Source of the DNA: Clostridia bacterium
GTDB lineage: Bacteria; Bacillota; Clostridia; Christensenellales; UBA1242
Length of the DNA stretch: 56,180 bases
Assembly (NCBI GenBank): GCA_046882085.1
Contig: JBKSNA010000027.1
Coordinates: 1 to 56,180, forward strand
Direction: 5' to 3'
The notes under the pieces are model-generated. The model was not told where the DNA came from. It did not search any database and saw only the letters and a list, made by a program, of their open reading frames with translations. This document shows positions 35,768 to 44,600 of this stretch, piece after piece (positions within the stretch are counted from its first letter, which is position 1; each line of letters starts with the position of its first letter). The translations under genes were made by a program, and so were the position numbers.

Positions 35768-36427
35768 ATGAAAAATATAGAAAAATTAATTAATTTAATA
35801 AATAAAGAAAATTTATTTCCTAATTTAAGTGAAAATAATTTTGAAGAATTTTTTGGTATTTATCTTCTTAGTTGCAATATAGACGATATAGACGAAAATT
35901 TTATTCATCTTCAAAACGAATACTTAAAGAATAAATATTCTGATAAAATTGTAGAATACAAGTTAGCGAAGAAGTCTATTAATTCACCGTTAGATATCAA
36001 AACCGATCTTTTGATTATTTTTAGCGAAAATCTTATTATTGATGCTGGTGCGATATATTCAGGTAAATATTCAATGGATAATGAATTGATTATTCGTGGC
36101 GGTGTTGAGATTAAAGAAAATATCTATAGACAATATGAGCAAGATAGGTTTGTATTAAATTTTAGACGTCCATATATATTTGATGGTGTGAACATGCCTG
36201 CAAAAGTGATGGCGAAAATATTAGTGGATACAAAATGTGATCATCTTGATAGTGAACAAAAGATCTTAGGATCGATTGATAATCTACTAGTGTGGATAAA
36301 AGAAAATAAGATTACCGACTGTGTATTGTGTTTAAATAATTTTACAAAAAACAATAAAAAAATTGAAAAATATATTAAAAAAGCACTAAAAAGTGCAAAA
36401 ATTAAAGAAATTTTAGAAATTTTATAA
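35768..36427 (+). CDS. Hypothetical protein (219 aa), Lys/Asn/Ile-rich, no family recognised
   Basis: The ORF sits between very AT-rich spacers. TTGACA-17-TATTAT ends 6 nt before the ATG, and there is no Shine-Dalgarno. Confidence 0.5.
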   Translation: MKNIEKLINLINKENLFPNLSENNFEEFFGIYLLSCNIDDIDENFIHLQNEYLKNKYSDKIVEYKLAKKSINSPLDIKTDLLIIFSENLIIDAGAIYSGKYSMDNELIIRGGVEIKENIYRQYEQDRFVLNFRRPYIFDGVNMPAKVMAKILVDTKCDHLDSEQKILGSIDNLLVWIKENKITDCVLCLNNFTKNNKKIEKYIKKALKSAKIKEILEIL

Positions 36428-36429
36428 TA

Positions 36430-36891
36430 TTACATATATTTGAAGAAGTGTATAGTGCTGTGTTGTAATGACGATAAAATGGTGGATATCGATTGCTGTA
36501 GAGTTGATATTAATTGATTTAGGAATGTTTTGTAATATGCTTTTGTGTTGACTTCAATTAAGTGTTCTATTAGATTGATGGTGTCTAACATTTCGTATAG
36601 GAAACTAAATATGTTGATTGTTTTGATATGATTATTTGTATTGGGTTCGATTGTGAAAGTTTGGCAGAAGTTTTTTATTATTTCAGAGATTGTTGATTTG
36701 CTGTTTTCGGTAGATGATAAAATTGATTTATTGAAATGTTTCAAATTCAATAGTTCGCATGTGGATAGCATATTGAGTTTGTTGAAAATTTTACCGATCA
36801 GTTCGTGTCGGTCGGGCTGTTGATTGGTGTATTGTTCTTGTAATATTTGATATGTAGTATTATCTAAAATAGGGAAATCGTCATATTTCAT
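36430..36891 (-). CDS. Hypothetical helical protein (153 aa), no family recognised
   Basis: The ORF is convergent with the previous one; their stops are 2 nt apart. No ribosome-binding site or motif was recognised. Confidence 0.45.
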   Translation of the reverse strand: MKYDDFPILDNTTYQILQEQYTNQQPDRHELIGKIFNKLNMLSTCELLNLKHFNKSILSSTENSKSTISEIIKNFCQTFTIEPNTNNHIKTINIFSFLYEMLDTINLIEHLIEVNTKAYYKTFLNQLISTLQQSISTILSSLQHSTIHFFKYM

Positions 36892-36916
36892 TAGTTAATG
36901 TATGTTTAAAGTTGAG

Positions 36917-36946
36917 AAAAAATCACCTAAACGTAGGTGATTTTTT
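36917..36946. terminator. Bidirectional intrinsic terminator downstream of cysS
   Basis: AATCACCTA (36921-36929) pairs with TAGGTGATT (36934-36942), flanked by an A-run and a T-run. Confidence 0.7.
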
Positions 36947-36983
36947 CTTTGTGTGAGAAAACTAACAGATTGTCTCAGACTTT

Positions 36984-38369
36984 TTATTGTTTTACAATTT
37001 CGTATTCATTTTTTGGTTTATCCATAATGGTATAACCAAGACTAGATATTTTATCACGAAGAATATCGCTGGTAGCATAGTCTTTGTTGTTACGAGCTTG
37101 TTTTCTCTCCTCTGCTATTGTGATGATCTCTTCCGGAATATCTTGTTTTTCTTCTTTGATCTTGCTTAGTCCTAAACCAAAGAATCGATCGAAATCTAAT
37201 ACTAAATCATAAATATCCTTACTGTCTGGATTGTTTTTAAGTGCGTCCCACATTACAGACAGCGCTAATGGTGTATTAATATCGTCGGCTACAAAGTTTG
37301 CAAATTTATCTTTGTATTCAGCGATTTTTTCATTTGGTATAATATTTGTACCGTTTTTATGTTTTAATAATAATTTTGATAAGTTAGAGTAGCTATCTTT
37401 GGCACTATCAAGTGCTTCAAATGTGAAATTTTGTTGTTTAGAATAGTGTGCAGATAAATAGAATAATCTTAAATCCATTGGAGAGTATCCTTTCTCTGCT
37501 AATGCTGATAAGGTATACATGCCGCCGGTAGATTTACTCATTTTGCCACCATTGAACATTAAATGTTCTAAGTGAAACCAATTATCTACTACATGATGTC
37601 CGAACCTTGCGTAGTTTTGGGCGATTTCATTCTCGTGATGTACAGGTCTGTGCTCTATTCCACCGCCATGTATATCTATATGGTCTCCTAAGAATTTGCC
37701 ACCGATGGCGCTACATTCTATATGCCAGCCAGGGTAACCAACTCCCCAAGGGCTATCCCATTTTTGAATATGATTCTCTTTATCTAATACCCATAATACG
37801 AAGTCTGCAGGATTTCTCTTCTCATCGTCTACTTCAATTCTAGCTCCGAATAGTTTGTCGTTTTGATTCATTCCGCCAAGTTTGCCATAATCATCAAATT
37901 TAGCTGTGTCAAAGTATACACCACGTTTGGTAATGTATCCATAACCATTGTCTACGATATCTTGAACGAATTGAATTATCTCAGGTATAACGCTTGTGGC
38001 AGGGCAAATGTGTTCTGGAGTTTCGATATTGAGATTGTCCATATCGTTTTTACAAATATTCCAATAATATGATGCGATCTCTTGAGGAGTCTTTTGTTCT
38101 CTCTTAGATGCTAGTTCCATTTTGTCGTCGCCTTCATCTTGATCGCTGGTCATATGTCCAACGTCGGTAATATTCATTACATGATTAATATTGTATCCTA
38201 AATATTTTACGGCTCTTCTCATTGTGTCCATTACATAAAATGCTCTCATGTTACCAATGTGTTGAAACCAATATATTGTAGGTCCGCAAAAGTAAAAGTT
38301 AACTATATTGTCTTTTGGTTGAATTGCTTGTTTTTTTCTTGTCAAAGAATTATAAATCTTTAATTCCAT
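36984..38369 (-). CDS. cysS: Cysteine--tRNA ligase
   Basis: A HIGH-type motif (FQHIGNMR), KMSKS (GGKMSKSTG) and the class I fold are present. The start is taken at MELKIYNSLTRKK (ATG 38369) after AAGAGGTGG. Confidence 0.95.
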   Translation of the reverse strand: MELKIYNSLTRKKQAIQPKDNIVNFYFCGPTIYWFQHIGNMRAFYVMDTMRRAVKYLGYNINHVMNITDVGHMTSDQDEGDDKMELASKREQKTPQEIASYYWNICKNDMDNLNIETPEHICPATSVIPEIIQFVQDIVDNGYGYITKRGVYFDTAKFDDYGKLGGMNQNDKLFGARIEVDDEKRNPADFVLWVLDKENHIQKWDSPWGVGYPGWHIECSAIGGKFLGDHIDIHGGGIEHRPVHHENEIAQNYARFGHHVVDNWFHLEHLMFNGGKMSKSTGGMYTLSALAEKGYSPMDLRLFYLSAHYSKQQNFTFEALDSAKDSYSNLSKLLLKHKNGTNIIPNEKIAEYKDKFANFVADDINTPLALSVMWDALKNNPDSKDIYDLVLDFDRFFGLGLSKIKEEKQDIPEEIITIAEERKQARNNKDYATSDILRDKISSLGYTIMDKPKNEYEIVKQ

Positions 38370-38396
38370 ATCCACCTCTTTATTCTATATGAGTAT

Positions 38397-38425
38397 ATTA
38401 TAAAAATTTTTACAACGTTTGTCAA
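38397..38425 (-). promoter_or_regulatory. Perfect-consensus sigma-A promoter for cysS
   Basis: On the minus strand: TTGACA (38420-38425), 17 nt spacer, TATAAT (38397-38402). This leaves a leader of only about 25 nt. Confidence 0.65.
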
Positions 38426-38617
38426 GTGTTGATATTTGCTTTCTAAGTGTGATAAAAAAATAAAAAACAAAAAAATATTCAAAAAACTAACTAAAAATAT
38501 ATAAAATTAATTAATTTTTGCAAAAAATATTAAAAAATTAAAAAATATTCATTAAAAAATATTATTTTTTGCCGAAATTGTAATAAAAAATAATTTGTAG
38601 AAAATTGTATTAATTAT

Positions 38618-38646
38618 TTGATAAAAAATCAATAGTGTGATAAAAT
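38618..38646 (+). promoter_or_regulatory. Extended -10 promoter for the 38682..53109 operon
   Basis: TTGATA (38618-38623), 17 nt spacer, TGaTAAAAT (hexamer 38641-38646). The AAGGGG ribosome-binding site lies at 38671-38676. Confidence 0.55.
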
Positions 38647-38681
38647 ATATAATAATATTATAAGACATAAAAGGGGTTAAG

Positions 38682-41600
38682 ATGTCTAAACTAAAGATTA
38701 AAAATTGGCACATATTTATTTTGGTAGCATTGTTATCAATGTTCTTGTTTGGCTGTGATAATGACGTGCCTGTAAATAGTATTTCATTCAATCTAGGAGA
38801 AGAATCGCAAATTGTAATGTTGGTAGATCAGGAATTGGATATGAATCAATTCGTAGATATCAGACCTGCTTATGCGACGAATAAGAATTATTCTATCACT
38901 TCTAGTGATGCTAGCGTGCTATCGGTTAATGGTAGTGTGATTACTGCGCATAAGGAAGGCGAGTGTGTGATCAGGTTGGTATCGAAAGAAAACTCTAAGA
39001 AAGAAGATATTATGACCATTAGAGTGAAAGAATCTATTGAAGTATTGGATACCCCAAGAAATCTTCAATTTGATACCACTCTTCAAGCATTCACTTTTGA
39101 AATGGTGGACAATGCATCAAACTACATCATTAATATTAACGGGGAAGATTATTCGGTGGGGAATAGCAACATCTTCCCAATATCAAAATATGTAGGGAAT
39201 TCACTTGATTGTGTAATGACTGCAAAGGTGAAGGCGGAGGCATCAAGATTTAGTTTCGCTTATCAGTCTTCACCGTACACTGAAATCCCATATCAGTATT
39301 ATCAAACTGCGCCTGTTACTAATATGTCTATCGTTGGTGGAAAGTTGAGCTTTGATAGTAATACTACAGCAAGTAATATTTTCATTAATGGCGAACTGTA
39401 TGAGCAAATTACAATAAATGAATTTTCATTAAAAGAGTTAGATGAAAAATATGCAGGTCAAAATGTGTTAATTGGTGTGCAGGCTGTAGTAGATCAGGAA
39501 ATTATTGATTCACTTGAAGACGGAGTGAAAGACTACAACTCTCTCAAGATAGAAAAAAATGTACAAGTATTAGATATAGTACGTCCAACTATGGTGTCGT
39601 CTACAGTTAGCTGGAATAATGTGATACATTCTGCTGGATACAAAGTGTATATTGACAATGTTAATATTGTGAATAATAAAGTGCTAGCTGAAGATATTGA
39701 TGAAAATAAAGGTGTCATTACAGCAAATTATTTCAACTTGGATAATTTAGAAAATATTGAAACGTTGATTAATAGTAATAAAATCTCAAACATTAAAGTA
39801 TTGCCGATCCTAAGGCAAGATAGTGAAAATCTAGCGATGACAGGTATTGTCGACAATATATCTGTGTCAAGATTGACCACTCCGGAGTTTTCGCTTGATG
39901 AAGAAGTAATTCATTGGAATAGCATTGATAGCGCTACTACTTATTTGTTGACTATCAAAACTGATGATCAACTTACTCAAGCAAACATTCGTGCGAATGA
40001 ATTTGACTTGTCTAATTTTGATGCGGGCGAACAAATTGAGATTGCTGTTAGTGCAAATTCTTCAGGCGAAGTGTCAGGTGTATATTATCTATATTCAAGT
40101 GAGAATTCTTGTACTATTACTAAGAATGAAGACGTAGATCCAGTCATTGAGAATTATGTATTGAAGTTCGGTGCGACAAGTGGAGAGAAATATAGAATTA
40201 ACTTTAGCGACAAAGATGGCGATATACAAATAGAGATCGATGAAGATTTAGATTTGTCGGAATATGTGTTTAATGCTGGTGTGAATGAGATTAGTATTTG
40301 CCACTTAGGTAATAAAGAAAATACTATCAATAGTGAAATTGCTAAAATATCATTTACTCAATTAGAGGCAATCAATGCTATATCAATGAACAATTCTACC
40401 GCAAGTGTGGTAAGATCTAATATTAATAAAAATGCGATAATTGAATTGCGTACTCAAATTGGTGGAACAATAAAGTCTATACAAGATACAATGTGGGAAT
40501 ACAACACAATAGATGCATCAGGCGAAAATTATTTACCGGCTGGAAGTTATGTAACATATGTGTATGTATTGGGTGATGGAGTGAATACTTTCTCTTATAG
40601 AGAAAAAGTAGGATCTAACCTAACAGAAGTGGCTACCGCAAGCATTAACTTTGAAGTGTTGAGTAATCCAAATTTTGATAATGTATTTGATAAGACAAAT
40701 AATAAAGTATCATTTAGTACAATAGAAAATGCTGACAATTATCAAATATATACTTTAGTAGAAGGCGTATATACTGCGACTGCTGCTATTACAGACAATG
40801 AATATCTCATAGCTCTAAATGCTGGGGAGACTAAGAATATTAAAGTACAAGCGGTGGGTAATGGTGTGGAATATCTAACATCTGTAATGTCTAGAGATAT
40901 CAATGTGAAGAAATTGCTTATCCCTACATTGGAGTACGATAATTCTATTGATGAATTTAGTATCGAAAATGAAGACTTGGATCATTCTACATATGAAATA
41001 GTACATAATGGAGATACTAAAGTTTTATCAGATATTTCGTTAGTTACAGGCGAGAATATAATAAGTATTACAGCGATAGCTAAAGATAGAGAAGGTGTTA
41101 ATTATTACATAAATTCTGCTACTAATAGCATAACAATCAATAAAATCGACGCTACTAGTGAAATCAAAGTAGAAAATAATTCACTTATTATTACACCTAA
41201 TCATACTGCGGGTTATGAAATAGTAGTAAAATACAGCTTTGGCGAGAGTGTTACTGCAGAATACAAGAATGGCAAATATACTATTCCGCTAGTGGATACG
41301 GATTATAATATCATCTATGACGAAATGAAGTCAGACTTTGGTGTAACTATTCAATATTTAGCACCGGCAGATGATGATTCTATCGCTACTAGTGATGAAT
41401 ATGCATATCCTAATACATTCGTATTAGAGCAATTATCAAAACCTGTATTAATAAGAGATGATCAAAATATTGTATTTGATAATGTGAATGAAGATTATAC
41501 TTTAAACAACTATAAGTTGATAATAGATGGAGAGAAATCCGCTATTAATTCATTCGCTACACTTGTGGATAATACAATCACAATTAGTGCTAAAAAATTA

Positions 41601-44600
41601 TTAGACACAGCGGGCGATGGCGTGCATGACATTGCTATCGAAGTAAATGATCCTACTAAGATTAGTGTGGTTAGTGATCCTATTAGTATAGAGAGAAAAC
41701 CTAAAGTGCAAGTATCTTACGCTAAGGATAATACTGCGCTAGAAAATTCAGCAACATTAACAATAACCGCACCGCAAAATTTGGATATTTACTTCAGAGA
41801 ATATCCTGTAGTGATCGGGGATTATTCGATGACATTCACTCGTACAGAAATGGAAAGTGGAGAACTGATTATTATTTTGGACGAGATTGATTTGCTAGCT
41901 GGTAATAATCAAGTAAAAGTAAGCACGACCACTGATAATACATCTCAATATAATGATGGTACCAAAGTGGTCTTCGTATTTAATTCATTAGACTCAGATG
42001 TTATCAATATTAAGAAGATAACTGCTCCTACGAATTTGTATGTTAGTGATAGTATATTGCACTTCACTGCGGTAGAAGGGGCTGTTGGTTATGAGATATA
42101 CGACGTAGATGGTAACGAGTATACCAAGATAAATGATGAATTAATAGAAAATAATTCTTACTTGCTAAACAATATTACCACTAATAGATTTATTGCGGTG
42201 AAGGCAATATCTAATACAGAAATGTCTACCAATTCGTCATATACTGAATATATCACAATATGTCCTGTGGTAGATCCTGTAATTAATATCAGCTATGGAC
42301 ATTTCGCTATTACTATAGATCCTAGTATTGTAGCTCTAAAAGATGTGGAGCAAGCAACTACTAAACTAACATTGACTACCAAAAATGATTTATACACAAT
42401 TGATCTAAAAAATGTGGATAACTCCCTAGCAAACTTAAATGGAAATATTTTAACAATTTATGCTGATCAAGTGTTGGCATATGAATATAGTGATCTTACT
42501 GCTGAAGACATTAATATCACTATCAATATTACTTATTTAGGTAAAGTAGATGGAGATATCTATTTATTAAATCCTAAAGAAGTGGAAGATAGTGCATATG
42601 GATTGTTCGCTCCTATCAATGTGAAGAAAACAACCGATAGCGAGAATGATTATGTAGATTTCTTGACTTGGTCTAAGAATGTAAAGAATGAACTAGTAGA
42701 TGAAGAAACTTTAGAAACCACTGAGATACCTGAGAATTATGTTATCAAGATTATATATACTGACCAAGCGGGAGAAGAATATGAATATCTATCTACTGAT
42801 GATGGATTGAAGTATAAAGAAGGTAGTAATTATTATAGTTATGGTTTGATAAATACCACAAAAGTACGATTCCCTTATGGTTATGACGAGAATGGAGATG
42901 GCAAGTTTGAAGCAATATTCGCAGATGGCAATTATTTAGTATACGTGCAGACTATTACCACTCATAGAATAGAAGGATACAAGATATGTGCGTCTATGTA
43001 TTCTAGTCCTTGTTCATTTAGCATTATGGCTAAGCCTATATTACAAGCGTACGACGGGGTATTGAGTTGGAATGCCTGCATAGGTGCGACTAGTTATAAT
43101 GTAGAAATAACCAACGAGTCAAGAGTATATAAGGTTACAGTAGATACTAATGAATATGATTTCTCATCTCTAGATGTATCTGGTGTATGTGGAGTGAAAG
43201 TCAAAGCGGTCAGTACTAGAAATAATGTATTGAATAGTGCTGTGAGTGATGAATTAAAAATATATAGATTGCCTCAAGTAACGAAAGTGGTACTAGATGA
43301 TGGTATGTTGAAGTTTACCGCTGATAGATACTTCACTTCTGCTAAGGTAATACTAAAAGATAAGATTAACAATACTACACAAGAAACAATTTATGACAAC
43401 CTTGATAAAACTAAGACAGAGTTGTCAACAATGAAAATAGAATTGTGGACAAATCAGTCATTATCGTCGCCTATTGTATATGTGATTGAAGACGAGATCT
43501 TGAAGGCAATAGATGGTAAATCTTATGATATTAGTATTCAGTTGATCGGAGAATCTATCAATCTTGGAACTGTAGAGATTGACGAAGTTCAATACAATTT
43601 AAGCGGATTGATGATGATCAATTCAAAGATTGCAAACTCATTCGATTTGGTATTGGATAAACTAGTTCCTAATACATATGGAGTAACTAAAGGAGTAGTA
43701 GATTATTCACCATCCCAGACTATTACCAAGATTAATTATGTATTCTCTGATAGCGAGACTAATTCATTCTGGGAATCAACTACAATATATAGAATAATAC
43801 TCAAGACTCCTACTGAGACACATACTATATATGCATTGGATTATAATGACTTTATTAATAATTCATCTACATTAGATTATATTTCATATACCGAACAAAA
43901 TGAACTTTGTGCAGGTGTGAAATATTCTTATGGTGGCGAATCACTATACTTCAATGTTTATACCAATAATATAATGGATATAGCGAACTACAATGAAGTG
44001 TATTATCATGTAATTGATCGTACTATAAGCGATGGCGAGATTAGTTATACTAGTTCAGCTACATTATCTCGAATCGATGTGTCTAGCGGTGGTACATTCT
44101 TCATAGATGTAGGTATTCTTGGCGGAGATATGTATGCTACAGGTGTAGATGCTTTAGGTAATCCAAGTGCATACAAAGGATATATTACATCTTATAATAA
44201 TGATCTAAAGCCTTTCGTAAAATATGGAGTGAATACATTATCTACTCATAGTGGTCTAGTGCAGATCAAAGACATGATAGAGTATGACGAAGATGGTAAT
44301 ATTATAGATTACCCTATATACAAGTTGACTATGATGTTCGCTGGCGAAGAAGAGATAGAGAGAATTATATATTATTATCCATACGATGATACTAAATACA
44401 CCGAACTAGAGGCTAGAGGACATCTAGATACTATCAAGAATAAAAATGATCGTAATTCTGATGTGATATTTGTATTGAAGAAATACAGTGAGATCGAAGG
44501 TGTGGTATTGATTGACTTTGCTGAGTTGAAAGATGCTTTAGGTGAATATATCTTCAATAGTAATGAAGTATACAATATTACAATTCAAACCTTAGCAGGT

